Part shown: positions 22,133 to 32,306 of the stretch, one piece after another
Numbering within the stretch: the stretch's first letter is position 1
Layout of the letters: each line of letters starts with the position of its first letter
From: Atribacterota bacterium
GTDB taxonomy: Bacteria > Atribacterota > Phoenicimicrobiia > Phoenicimicrobiales > Stramentimicrobiaceae
DNA: 64,000 bases
Assembly: GCA_040767965.1 (NCBI GenBank)
Contig: JAXGNR010000004.1
Span: forward strand, 160,001 to 224,000
Direction: 5' to 3'
Notes under the pieces: model-generated
Databases searched by the model: none
What the model was told of the DNA's origin: nothing
The model's input: only the letters and a program-made list of their open reading frames with translations
Made by a program: the position numbers and the translations under genes

Positions 22133-22711
22133 ATGAAAAATAAAAAGCTAATATCATTAATACTATTAATAGGAATAATTATTACGATTGCTGTGTTTTA
22201 TAATAATAAAAACAGTACATTGGAAAATGAATTATCTTCGGAAGAAGCCATTGATCAGGTTCAAGATAATGTTATAGTAGACGAACCTCCTGTAAGGATA
22301 ATGGAGGGGCAAGTGTTGGGAATAAAAAATGAAATAAGAGAGTGGCTGATTGAGGCTGAGAGCATATCAATTGCTGAAGATAGAGAGAGTACTCTTTTTA
22401 AAAATATCAAGCAGATGGTTATCTATAAAGATGAGGAACCGCATTTAACTATTAGTGCAGATGAGGTCCTTGCAAATATGCAGACAAAAGATATGGAGTT
22501 GAGTGGTAATGTGGTTATTTCAAATCAGGAAGGCAACTCTTTAAAAGGACAAAAGATTTACTGGCACTCAGAAGAGCAGAGCTTATCTAGTGATAGCGAG
22601 ATAGAATTATACGTTGATGATAACTATATTATTGCGGGTGGAATTTATAGTAATATGGAGATGACAGAGATAGAGCTGATAGGAAGAGCTACGGTAACAA
22701 TGAAATTATAG
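22133..22711 (+). CDS. lptC: LptC-like protein
   Basis: Single N-terminal TM, beta-jellyroll pattern (EW.IEAE, LSGNVVI, IYW); adjacent to lptA. Confidence 0.75.
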   Translation: MKNKKLISLILLIGIIITIAVFYNNKNSTLENELSSEEAIDQVQDNVIVDEPPVRIMEGQVLGIKNEIREWLIEAESISIAEDRESTLFKNIKQMVIYKDEEPHLTISADEVLANMQTKDMELSGNVVISNQEGNSLKGQKIYWHSEEQSLSSDSEIELYVDDNYIIAGGIYSNMEMTEIELIGRATVTMKL

Positions 22712-22873
22712 ATAATATCTTTTAGATATTTAAATTGCTATTATTCTTTTAATGGTATTTATATTGCATATTGCGGTTTTTAAAAGCAGAAGAAAAAAAT
22801 AAAAGAAGTTTAATATATAATTTTATGTATATTGTATATATATTGTATATATTTTGAAAGGATGGTTTATTCT

Positions 22874-23572
22874 ATGAAAAGAATAATTTTGTTTAAATCC
22901 ATGATATTACTTATAGTTATAATGATACTGTCTATTTTAACATTTATCGGTTTTGCCCAAAATCAGACTGAACCAGAAGATGGTGGTGAGGCTGATACCG
23001 AAGAATCATCAGTAGAAATCACAGCTGATCAGGTCAATTACGAGAAAGAAAATGATCAGATGATTTTTATTGGAAATGTGCTTATTTTGCAAGAAGACAC
23101 TACCCTCACTGCAGGCCAAGCTTCTTTTAACGTAGATACCAAAATTGGTCAGATCTCCCAGGATGTTAGATTAATACAAGAGGATATCGCTATTACAGGT
23201 CAAGAATTGGAAGCATATCTGAATGATAAACATTATATATTTAGAAATCAGGTAGAACTGTTACAGGAAAGAACAGATAATGCAGGAGAGCAGGATAATA
23301 TTACCTGGATCTGCCAACAACTGGAAATTTTTACTGATAGCAAAAATATGACTGCCACTGGCGAAGTTGTAATAACGAAAAAAGATTACACCATAACTGC
23401 TCAGGAAGCTATATATGATGATGCTGAAGAAAAAGTATCTTTATCCGGACAGGTTAAAATTGAAGAAATTGAAAATAACAGACAGATTTCAGGTGACAGG
23501 GCTGTCTTTTATATTGAAAATGATAAGCTTGAAGTATCCGGAAATGTCAGAAGCAGCATAATTCTAGATTAA
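22874..23572 (+). CDS. lptA: LptA/OstA-like periplasmic protein
   Basis: Signal peptide, VEITADQV.Y, F.GNV, two OstA-like halves; start moved to ATG 22874. Confidence 0.78.
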   Translation: MKRIILFKSMILLIVIMILSILTFIGFAQNQTEPEDGGEADTEESSVEITADQVNYEKENDQMIFIGNVLILQEDTTLTAGQASFNVDTKIGQISQDVRLIQEDIAITGQELEAYLNDKHYIFRNQVELLQERTDNAGEQDNITWICQQLEIFTDSKNMTATGEVVITKKDYTITAQEAIYDDAEEKVSLSGQVKIEEIENNRQISGDRAVFYIENDKLEVSGNVRSSIILD

Positions 23573-23638
23573 TTTTCTTTGGATACATATAGATAGCAGG
23601 GCAGCATTAAAATGACAGGAAACAGGAGGTTGAATAAT

Positions 23639-24232
23639 ATGAATTTTGGAAAAAACATAATAAAAAGACATCATCTTTTTTTATTGCTCATAGTGCTAGT
23701 AATATTTTTGGCTGGTTGTGCTCGCTGGCCTACAGATCCTAATGGCGGAGGTAACGGTGATGGCCAGAAGCTGTTGCGGGTAAGGGTAGATATTAATCAG
23801 AACGGATTAATAAATACTGAAGATGGGCAATATTACATAGTATTTGACACCAACAAAGATGCTCCATTCAGCCCTGCAGATGATATTGAAGATTGGGAGA
23901 CAGGGTTTTATTATATAAGGCTGGATATGATGGGTTTTTTTCTGGGAGAGGTTTTAGAATCTGGTTCTTCTGAGCAATTTTTATCAGGTACAGTTTCTGA
24001 TGAGTATTTCCAAATTCTGATTCCATTGCAGGATATTGGCGATCCGGAAGGAATTCATATGAATGTTATAACTACTGATTTAGATAATGTAACATATGAT
24101 GCTCTGGATATAGATTATTACATTGACACAAACATAATTTCTACAAAAACTGAAAATGATTTTATCCAGGATTCAGCCGGTGGTCCTGATTTTGACATTT
24201 CCCAGGCCACAACAACAATCCTAATCCCTTAA
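23639..24232 (+). CDS. Hypothetical lipoprotein
   Basis: AGGAGG RBS before ATG 23639; lipobox LAGC; Gly-rich linker; beta-rich domain. Confidence 0.7.
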   Translation: MNFGKNIIKRHHLFLLLIVLVIFLAGCARWPTDPNGGGNGDGQKLLRVRVDINQNGLINTEDGQYYIVFDTNKDAPFSPADDIEDWETGFYYIRLDMMGFFLGEVLESGSSEQFLSGTVSDEYFQILIPLQDIGDPEGIHMNVITTDLDNVTYDALDIDYYIDTNIISTKTENDFIQDSAGGPDFDISQATTTILIP

Positions 24233-24241
24233 ACTTTGTCA

Positions 24242-25123
24242 AAGTTGTCACGGGGACGGTTCTTTTGACAACCTTTTAATGAAAATGATATAGTAAAATA
24301 AATATTATTAAAAGGAATATAGTGTGTTATGCCCAGATTACCAAGAAAACTGAATGATATTGGAATATATCATATTATGGTGAGAGGTAATGCAAAGCAA
24401 AAAATATTTATTGATAACCAGGATAAAAGAAAATACCTAAAAATAATTACCCAAGCTAAGAAAAAAAATTTATTTTGCATTTATGCTTTTTGTATCATGG
24501 ACAATCATGCTCATCTGGTATTGAAAGAAATTGAAGAATCAGTTTCTAAGTTTATGAAAAGAATTACTGTTAGTTATGCTTTTTACTTTAATGCAAAATA
24601 TGACAGAGTAGGTCATGTATTTCAGGATCGCTTTAAAAGCGAAACAATTAAAGATGATGCATATCTTCTTTCTGTAATAAGATATGTCCATAATAATCCT
24701 GAAAAAGCAGGTATTGCTACCAAAGAAAAATATCCCTGGAGTAGCTACAATGATTACGTTTCATCTAATGATAGCCTAACAGAAACAAGAGAAATTCTTA
24801 ATATGTTTTCAAGTAATTCAACAGAAGCAATGGCTGCATTCAAGGAATTTAGTGATCAGGCTGATAAAAACAAAAGAGAATATCTGGAAATGGACGAAGA
24901 ATATAATAAAAAGTTACTTTTTGAATATGTAAAAAAATATCTGGAAGAAAAACAGCTTAATATAAAAGATTTAAAAAATAGAAAATACTTTGATCAACGT
25001 GATAATCTTGTAAAAAATATCACCAAAAAATATAATTTTTCTACCAGGTCTATTGCAGAAGCTACTGGAATAGGTAGGGAAACGGTGAGAAGGTTGTCAA
25101 AAGAACCGTCCCCGTGACAACTT
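24242..25123 (+). mobile_element. HUH (Y1) transposase element bounded by perfect 34-bp inverted repeats
   Basis: AAGTTGTCACGGGGACGGTTCTTTTGACAACCTT at 24242-24275 and its exact reverse complement at 25090-25123. Confidence 0.85.
24329..25117 (+). CDS. REP-associated tyrosine transposase (RAYT-like, IS200/IS605 Y1 superfamily) with C-terminal HTH
   Basis: MPRLPR, YHIMVRG, MDNHAHL (HUH), FQDRFKS, RYVHNNPEKAG (catalytic Tyr), YPWSSY; C-terminal STRSIAEATGIGRETVRR. Confidence 0.93.
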   Translation: MPRLPRKLNDIGIYHIMVRGNAKQKIFIDNQDKRKYLKIITQAKKKNLFCIYAFCIMDNHAHLVLKEIEESVSKFMKRITVSYAFYFNAKYDRVGHVFQDRFKSETIKDDAYLLSVIRYVHNNPEKAGIATKEKYPWSSYNDYVSSNDSLTETREILNMFSSNSTEAMAAFKEFSDQADKNKREYLEMDEEYNKKLLFEYVKKYLEEKQLNIKDLKNRKYFDQRDNLVKNITKKYNFSTRSIAEATGIGRETVRRLSKEPSP

Positions 25124-28100
25124 ATTGGCCGATGGTGATTGATTCGGTTGGGAAGGCATTGATTTTAAAATCAAGCCAGATGGCTTTAGTTGACTGGCGG
25201 TAATTAATGCTAATTTCACGACAATGCAAATCTCTTACAACGCTGATTACACTATTTCTTATATCAAAATCATCAAAATAAACAGTACCACTATAAGACA
25301 TGCGCCAATCTTCGCTTATATTTAAAGACAATCTGGTGTCTACACGTTTACTCCATTCCATATTATTGAGATTATAAGATGTGCTCAAATAAACATCATG
25401 TTCTCCCTTTGGCTTCCATTGTAATCTTGCTCCCAGGCTGCCAAAAGATTCAGTAACAAAATTATAATTAGTAGACAGATTTATCTGTAAATTATCTGCC
25501 GGCTTTAAAACAACACTGGCGCTGGCTGATTCGGATAATTCACTTAAAGTGTCAAAATTAAAAGGAGTTGGACCTTCAGACATATAATAACTGTAAGAAA
25601 AATTACCATAGAATTCAGGCTGATAGCCAACTCTCAAATCTAGTTTTCCACCCAGCATATAACGGGCCTCACCAGTTAAATAAACATCCTGGCGATAAAC
25701 ACCTGAAGCAGTCAGCCTGATTTTATCAGTAATATCAAAAGGCCTGTTGGCATTAATAATATATTCTCCCCGGATATTTTGCTGATCAGTTGCGCTTTCA
25801 TAATAATTTCCCACAGATGCGCTAATGCTATAATTAATTCCAGTGTCTAAAAATTTTGCGTTGTTTTTATTAAAAACCAGTTCTGGTAATTTGTCCAGAG
25901 TGCTTGGTTTGCTTGGGTTTAGGGGATCCCCGCCGAAAGTAAATTGCTTTTCGGTAATAAGTCTTACTGAATAACCTTTACCCGAATATCTCAATTGCCA
26001 CTCCGGACGAAGCTGATATTCAGCAGGATTGGAAGTAGAATCTTTAGAATTATAAAGCAATACAAGGTTTGAATTTATTTTGTCAGTAATAGTTTGGTCA
26101 TAACTCAATTTGATATTACCAGTACTGGTAGTAGTATTGCTGATATTAAAGTTATATTTTCCGGTAATTGTCAGGAGGGCTTCGTCCCATTTTTTATAAA
26201 AATAAAAATCAGGTCTTATTATGTGAGAATTTTCTTGCGTGCTTGATCCTCCATAATAAGTTCCATCATAACTAATATTTGCTCTCAGTCTCAGGTCATT
26301 TTCAAAGTTTTGCCAATAGCTAACTTTGCCATCCAGGTCATAAATGCTAGTATTTTTTCTTTTTAAACCATAAAAATATAGGACTAATTCACCATCATCA
26401 ATTTTTTCTTCACCTAATTCAAAAGTATGTTCAACGCCAGCCCCTATTCCTTTTTTCAGCATCAGATCTAAGTAAATGCTTCCATAAGAATCAGCGTCTT
26501 GAACATAATTGAATTGATTTTTTAAGAACCATCCCTCGCTGCTGCTTTGGCCGATATCGGGCCAGTAGGGGAACTGATTTTTCCCTCTTAAGAAAATCAT
26601 AAAAGAAGGCAAGGTAAATATTTTTCTTTTTCCTTCATACCAGGAGACTTTTTTGGCAATAATTTTATCATCAGGATAAATTGTTATTTTTTCAGCCTCA
26701 ATATGCCAGTGAGGCTCTTCCAGGTCACAAGTTGTAAAAACACCTCCGGAAATATCAATAGTTTCCGGGAAATTCTCATAACGGTCACCCTGATAATAAA
26801 CTACACCTTTAATTTTATCTCCAGTGGCTTCCCCGGATAATCCTTCCATTATTATTTTTTCAGTTTCCCAATTATAATTTATAGCCTGACTGGAAAAGGA
26901 CTCATTCCCTCTGGCAAAAGTGACTTGATCAGAGGCAATTAATTCTTTTCTATCTATAAATATTTGAAGATAATTTGATTTAAGAGTGATGTCCTTATAA
27001 CGGAGATTGACTTTATTTTGAGCAATAACAACATCTTCTCCATCCACAATCTGATAGCTTAAAAATTCTGCTTCAATATTAAGGCCGCCTTCTACAAAAT
27101 CTTCATCTTCTTCGCCTTCTTCCGGAGCTGTTTCCTCTAATGATTCCTGGAAGTAAAAGAATCCTCCTGTTATAGATTCAGCAATTGGCTGATTTTCTAT
27201 ATCGTATCCGGTTACTTTGTACTGCCACTGATAACGATGCTGTTTTGTAAATAAAGATTCACTTTCATTTTCTTCAAAATCCTCATTATCACCATTGTTG
27301 ATGTCTGTATTATTTGTATCATTATTTGTATCCTGAATAATAGCTTCACCATTTTCATTTATATTATTATTTTCATCAGCTTCATTATCATCTTCGCTGT
27401 TTTCATTATTTTCATTGTTTGGTTCTTTTATTGTATTGTTATTGTTAATATTACTATTATCGCTATTTTCGCTAATGCCTTCACTTTCTTCATCATCTTC
27501 GCTGGCAGTTTCTTCTGTTATTTCGGTAATTATTTCTTCTGGAAGCAATCGCAGACTATCTATGTTTATATTTTCAATTTGAACTCTACTTACTTCTTCT
27601 CCTTCGGTTATATCAAAAAGAATAAATTCTCCCTGTGCAGAAAAAATAACATTTCTAAAAGGAAATGCATTAATAGAAATAGATTCCCATTTAAATTCAG
27701 GGTTTTCTTCTGCTACCACTTCATTGTTGGCTGGGTATTGGGCAGAACTGGAAGGTAACCAAAAATCAATATCAATTGCATCTGTCCTGCCTACTGATTC
27801 CTCCTGCCACAATCCTTCTATATAATATTGATAAGAGTTTCCTTCCAGGATATCTTCATCAACCCACCACAGCTGAAATCCTTCATCATTATAATCAACA
27901 TTACGGACTTCTTCGAATTCTCCCTGATTACTACTTTTGAAGATTTTGTATTCATCTGCTCCACCAAAGGCAGCCCAGGTAATTCTTACTTCATATTCGG
28001 TAAATCCACCCTGAAAACGGGTAACTGCAAAAGCTTTTATTTCTTCATCCAGCCAGAAATCTTGAGCTGCTGCAGGTATATTAAAAAAATGAGAGCAGCA

Positions 28101-28190
28101 TAAAAAAGGAGCTAAAAATAAAAGGGTGGTTATGATAATTAAAAATATATTTTTAAATTTAAAAGGTATTCTATTGAGTTTATTTGCCAT
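25122..28190 (-). CDS. lptD: LptD-like outer membrane translocon with long N-terminal extension
   Basis: OstA-like region, FTTCDLEEPHWHIEA.KI.IYP signature, large beta-barrel, RDLHCRE near C-terminus. Confidence 0.82.
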   Translation of the reverse strand: MANKLNRIPFKFKNIFLIIITTLLFLAPFLCCSHFFNIPAAAQDFWLDEEIKAFAVTRFQGGFTEYEVRITWAAFGGADEYKIFKSSNQGEFEEVRNVDYNDEGFQLWWVDEDILEGNSYQYYIEGLWQEESVGRTDAIDIDFWLPSSSAQYPANNEVVAEENPEFKWESISINAFPFRNVIFSAQGEFILFDITEGEEVSRVQIENINIDSLRLLPEEIITEITEETASEDDEESEGISENSDNSNINNNNTIKEPNNENNENSEDDNEADENNNINENGEAIIQDTNNDTNNTDINNGDNEDFEENESESLFTKQHRYQWQYKVTGYDIENQPIAESITGGFFYFQESLEETAPEEGEEDEDFVEGGLNIEAEFLSYQIVDGEDVVIAQNKVNLRYKDITLKSNYLQIFIDRKELIASDQVTFARGNESFSSQAINYNWETEKIIMEGLSGEATGDKIKGVVYYQGDRYENFPETIDISGGVFTTCDLEEPHWHIEAEKITIYPDDKIIAKKVSWYEGKRKIFTLPSFMIFLRGKNQFPYWPDIGQSSSEGWFLKNQFNYVQDADSYGSIYLDLMLKKGIGAGVEHTFELGEEKIDDGELVLYFYGLKRKNTSIYDLDGKVSYWQNFENDLRLRANISYDGTYYGGSSTQENSHIIRPDFYFYKKWDEALLTITGKYNFNISNTTTSTGNIKLSYDQTITDKINSNLVLLYNSKDSTSNPAEYQLRPEWQLRYSGKGYSVRLITEKQFTFGGDPLNPSKPSTLDKLPELVFNKNNAKFLDTGINYSISASVGNYYESATDQQNIRGEYIINANRPFDITDKIRLTASGVYRQDVYLTGEARYMLGGKLDLRVGYQPEFYGNFSYSYYMSEGPTPFNFDTLSELSESASASVVLKPADNLQINLSTNYNFVTESFGSLGARLQWKPKGEHDVYLSTSYNLNNMEWSKRVDTRLSLNISEDWRMSYSGTVYFDDFDIRNSVISVVRDLHCREISINYRQSTKAIWLDFKINAFPTESITIGQ

Positions 28191-28515
28191 AAATTTTAGT
28201 ATCCCGATATTTCTGTTTTAAAATTTTTTAATTTTTGTTAATTCTTAACTTAAATTTACTTAAAACTTAAACTTTTTAATAAAAAATAAAAAAGGAAAAA
28301 AAATATTATAAAAATATTATTAAATTATACTCTATATTCTATATGTATTTTAAATAATTTAACACATCTTCCTTAATTATTTATTAATAAATGTAATAAA
28401 ATGCTTCTATTTCTTCAGGAAAATTTATTGGTTAATTTTTATAAAAACTTTAGATAAATCTAAAACAACCTTTTCCATTACCACCAAATACCAGCCTTAT
28501 AACAAATCCTTATAT

Positions 28516-29610
28516 TCAGCTTTTTTCTGCATTATACACCAGGGCAATTCCTAATAGTAAAAATAACAAATTAGGAATCCAGGCTGACAAGAGGGGATTT
28601 ATCATTCCTCCTCTACCCAATGAGCGGCTTAGGGAATATACTACATAATAAATGAAGACCAGTGCGATACTAATAATAATTCCGGTTGCCTTGGTACTTC
28701 TTTTCATTTGAGTTCCAAGAGGGACACCGATTAAAGCAAAAATAATACCCACCAGGGGATAAGAAAATTTAATATGATAATCCACCTGGAAATTATTTGT
28801 ATCAACTCCGGCATCTGTCAGTATCTGTATTTGCTGCTTTAATTCTCTGCTATTCATTTCCTGAGGTGTGCGTTGATTTTTAAAGAAATCCTGCAGTTCG
28901 TCTTTTACCTCAATTTCCATCTCCTGAAAGCTCATTTCATATGTTATCTTTCCCTCGGCATTGTAGTTATAAACAGTGCCAAAACTTAATTCCCAGGTGT
29001 CTTCCACCCATCTGCCTTCTGCTGCTGTTATAACCCGCGGAAAACGTTCTCTGGTCATTTCATAAACCATAATTTCTCTCATAATCATGTTTTGCTCATC
29101 CAGACGGTTAATATAGAAATACCGGTTTTCGGCATCTCTGAAAAATACATTTCGCTGGATGTGCGGCGGCCCTTGTTTTAAGACTATTTCTCTAATTATA
29201 TTCTGAGAAATATGATTTGCTTCAGGCACAATATAATCATTTGTTACAAAAGATAAAATGCTGATAAAAATTGCTGTAATAATAAAAGGTCTCATAATGC
29301 GCCGAAAGCTGATTCCTCCAGTACGCATGGCGGCAAGTTCATTACTTGTAGACATTTGTGAAATGGCTAATTGACTGGAGCCTAATAAAGCAATAGGGAA
29401 AGTTAAGACCAGAAATGCCGGTAATCTATATAACAACAATTCTACAACATTGATAATTGGTACTTTTTTATTTATTAGCATTTCCATCAGCTCAAACATA
29501 GTTTCCATGATGAGCAGAATAGTTAAGAGGGCAACTACCCCTAAAAAGAAACTCATTACCTGGGTAATGATATATTTGTCTATGATTTTTATACCTGGAA
29601 TTTTTTTCAT
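28516..29610 (-). CDS. LptF/LptG family permease
   Basis: IIDKYI, ELAAMRTGGIS..R, 6 TM, AWIPNL; start at 29610 after GAAGGT RBS. Confidence 0.92.
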   Translation of the reverse strand: MKKIPGIKIIDKYIITQVMSFFLGVVALLTILLIMETMFELMEMLINKKVPIINVVELLLYRLPAFLVLTFPIALLGSSQLAISQMSTSNELAAMRTGGISFRRIMRPFIITAIFISILSFVTNDYIVPEANHISQNIIREIVLKQGPPHIQRNVFFRDAENRYFYINRLDEQNMIMREIMVYEMTRERFPRVITAAEGRWVEDTWELSFGTVYNYNAEGKITYEMSFQEMEIEVKDELQDFFKNQRTPQEMNSRELKQQIQILTDAGVDTNNFQVDYHIKFSYPLVGIIFALIGVPLGTQMKRSTKATGIIISIALVFIYYVVYSLSRSLGRGGMINPLLSAWIPNLLFLLLGIALVYNAEKS

Positions 29611-29935
29611 TGATACCTTCGTAATGATTTTTTCCTTTAATATATCCAAACAAGTTTCATTTAAATATTCTCCATAAGTATAACACAAATTATTTTAATA
29701 AAAAAACGTTTTTCATAATCAAAAATTACTTTCCAGAGCAGGCATCTGGTGTTGGTTTTATTGAATGAAATGCCATAATAAGATATAATCACAATTGAAC
29801 TGTTTCACAAAATCAATATTAAAATAATGAATATAAAAAACCATATGTCTCTTGTATTCTTAAAATCAATTTTTAAATTACCCTACAGATGCAGATGGAT
29901 GGGAAATAAGTCAATAAGCAGTAATTTACTTTGAG

Positions 29936-30733
29936 GTGAAAAAACGAAAAATGCAAAAAAGGAAAACCGGGATCGGGAACAAAATTTTCTTTAGAATGAA
30001 AAAAATAGCAATATCACTAATTTTAATAGTAACCCTTTGTACAATAATAAACTTTGCCATTTCCGCTCAGGAGAGAGAGCGGATTGATGAAAAGCCAACC
30101 GCAGTGGAAGATCCTGAAATTATCTGCTTGGAAGAGGGAAAAAATTTTTTTTGGCAGCAGCAGTACAGTGATGCTATAAAACAATTGGAAAGCTGTATAG
30201 AGAAAGATACGGATAACCCGGAAATATATTATTATATAGCCCAGTCTTATTTTCAAAGAGGACAGCGCAGCACTCTAAGAGCGGTGAGATATTTCAAACA
30301 GGCTTATGAATATTCAGATATTGCTATTGAAAAATACTATCAGGCTATTGAGGAAAACCCGGAAGAAGATAATACTAATAGATATCTGCAGCTGGCTTAT
30401 ATTCACCAAATTCGCAGTTTAATACCAGGGGTAGATGAATATCAAAAGGCATTAGATATTTATCAACAGCTGATAGAAGAAAAACCTTTCATTTCTTCTC
30501 CACATTACCATATGGGTTGGATTTATTTTCAGCAGGAAGAATATCAAAAAGGAATAGAGGCATTTTTGGATTATCTGAAACCAGGGCTGAAAAGCGATTT
30601 TGTTTACTACCACTTAGCTTTGTCTTATGATAAAATTGGTGAAAGAGAAAAATCTGAATATTATTATCAGCTTTTACTGGAAGAGTTTCCGGATTCCGAT
30701 CTTGCCAGCAGGGCTCAAAAAGAATTAAATTAA
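29936..30733 (+). CDS. Secreted tetratricopeptide repeat protein
   Basis: Signal peptide, TPR motifs, ends EEFPDSDLASRA; exact start uncertain. Confidence 0.8.
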   Translation: MKKRKMQKRKTGIGNKIFFRMKKIAISLILIVTLCTIINFAISAQERERIDEKPTAVEDPEIICLEEGKNFFWQQQYSDAIKQLESCIEKDTDNPEIYYYIAQSYFQRGQRSTLRAVRYFKQAYEYSDIAIEKYYQAIEENPEEDNTNRYLQLAYIHQIRSLIPGVDEYQKALDIYQQLIEEKPFISSPHYHMGWIYFQQEEYQKGIEAFLDYLKPGLKSDFVYYHLALSYDKIGEREKSEYYYQLLLEEFPDSDLASRAQKELN

Positions 30734-30925
30734 AAAAACAAATTTAACTGGAAGTAGATAATTTATTAAGAAATATTAAGAAGTAAGAAGAAAAAGTAAG
30801 CAGGAAGAAGAAAATAGACATCTTTATTTATTATTTTTTGAAATACATTCCGAATAGGGCTGTTGATATTAGGTATGTCCCAAATCTGTGGTATTATATT
30901 CATTAAATAAAAAAAGATAACGGCG

Positions 30926-32215
30926 ATGGTGGAACAGATGAAAAGAAAAAACATAAAAGAATCATTCTATATCAGAAATTTAGGTTTGGCTGGATTGCTT
31001 ATATTATTTTTGCTTGTAATTATGACAGTAATTTTAAATGGCTGCAGCGCTCTTGCTCCGAGAACCGGTGCTTTGCAGGGAATAGTACACCGGGAAACAG
31101 CCAGCGGTTCTTCGCCGATAGAAAATGCCTTGATCAGTGTCAGCGGTTCAAATAATACAGCCCAGACTGCAGAGGATGGACATTTTTTCATAAATGAAAT
31201 TTCAGCAGGCAAGAGAACTCTTACAGTTGTAAAAGAAGGTTATGTTACCTTGCAGCTGGTTAATATTTATATAGAACCGGAAATCGTAAATGAAGTCAAT
31301 TTCGGTGAGCCTATTATTTTGAAAGCAAAAGAAGATCAGTCTTTATTTGATACAGCATGGGATGCATATCAGGCTGAAGACTATCAATTTGCCTTGACTA
31401 TCTGGCAGGAGCTGTTAAGCGTTTTTCCGGAGAGCCTGTTAGCCGATGATGCCCAATACTATATAGCCTGGTGCCATATTTCTTTAGAAGATTTTGTCAA
31501 AGCAGTAACAGAATTTGAAAATCTGCTGATAAGTTATCCCGCAAGCGAATATGCCGATGATGCCCAATATTATATCGGCTGGTGCCATGAAAAAAAATTA
31601 GGATTACCAATACCGGCAATTTTAGCATATTATACTCTCTTGTTTGATTATCCTGACAGTCAATGGGCAGATGATACCCAGCTGGGCATTGGCAATTGCT
31701 ACTATGCAACTGATGATTATGGAAATGCCATAACTGAATATCAAAAGGTAATTGACAATTATCCCTGGAGTGCTTTACTTCCTTTAGCCCGGTATAGTAT
31801 TGCCCAAAGCTATCGGATGGCCAATTATCGCACTACTGCTATTGAAAAATACCAGGAATTAATTCTGTTTCATCCGGAAAGTGATTTTTGCGGACCAGCC
31901 CAATACTATATAGGTTATTGTTATTATGAAAAAAATGAATATTTAATCGCTATTGCTGAATTTCAAAAAGGAATTGATGATTATCCCAATTCTACCTGGC
32001 CGGATGAAAGCAGGTTAGTTGCTCCCAGCGCCCAGTTTTATATCGGCTGGTGCTATGAGCAGCTTGAGAACTGGGAAGAAGCACTTGTGGCTTATCAGCT
32101 GGTGATTGACAATTATCAGGGAAGCACTTTCAGCAACGGCAGTTCAATAACGGCATATTCCCAGGAAAGAATAGACTGGATTAATGATACTTATTTTCCG
32201 GAACTGCCTGGGTAA
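30926..32215 (+). CDS. Lipoprotein with carboxypeptidase-regulatory-like domain and BamD/CpoB-type TPR repeats
   Basis: Lipobox LNGC; ~7 repeats YP.S..A..AQYYIG.C. Confidence 0.82.
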   Translation: MVEQMKRKNIKESFYIRNLGLAGLLILFLLVIMTVILNGCSALAPRTGALQGIVHRETASGSSPIENALISVSGSNNTAQTAEDGHFFINEISAGKRTLTVVKEGYVTLQLVNIYIEPEIVNEVNFGEPIILKAKEDQSLFDTAWDAYQAEDYQFALTIWQELLSVFPESLLADDAQYYIAWCHISLEDFVKAVTEFENLLISYPASEYADDAQYYIGWCHEKKLGLPIPAILAYYTLLFDYPDSQWADDTQLGIGNCYYATDDYGNAITEYQKVIDNYPWSALLPLARYSIAQSYRMANYRTTAIEKYQELILFHPESDFCGPAQYYIGYCYYEKNEYLIAIAEFQKGIDDYPNSTWPDESRLVAPSAQFYIGWCYEQLENWEEALVAYQLVIDNYQGSTFSNGSSITAYSQERIDWINDTYFPELPG

Positions 32216-32230
32216 GAAGGGAGAATTAAT

Positions 32231-32295
32231 ATGGGGTCAGGTCTTCACATTTTACATTATTTTGTGAAATGTCAAATGTGAAGACCTGACCCCAT
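32231..32295. repeat. REP/REPIN-like palindrome, family B
   Basis: ATGGGGTCAGGTCTTCACATTT ... AAATGTGAAGACCTGACCCCAT, 22-bp perfect arms. Confidence 0.85.
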
Positions 32296-32306
32296 TATTG
32301 GAAGTT

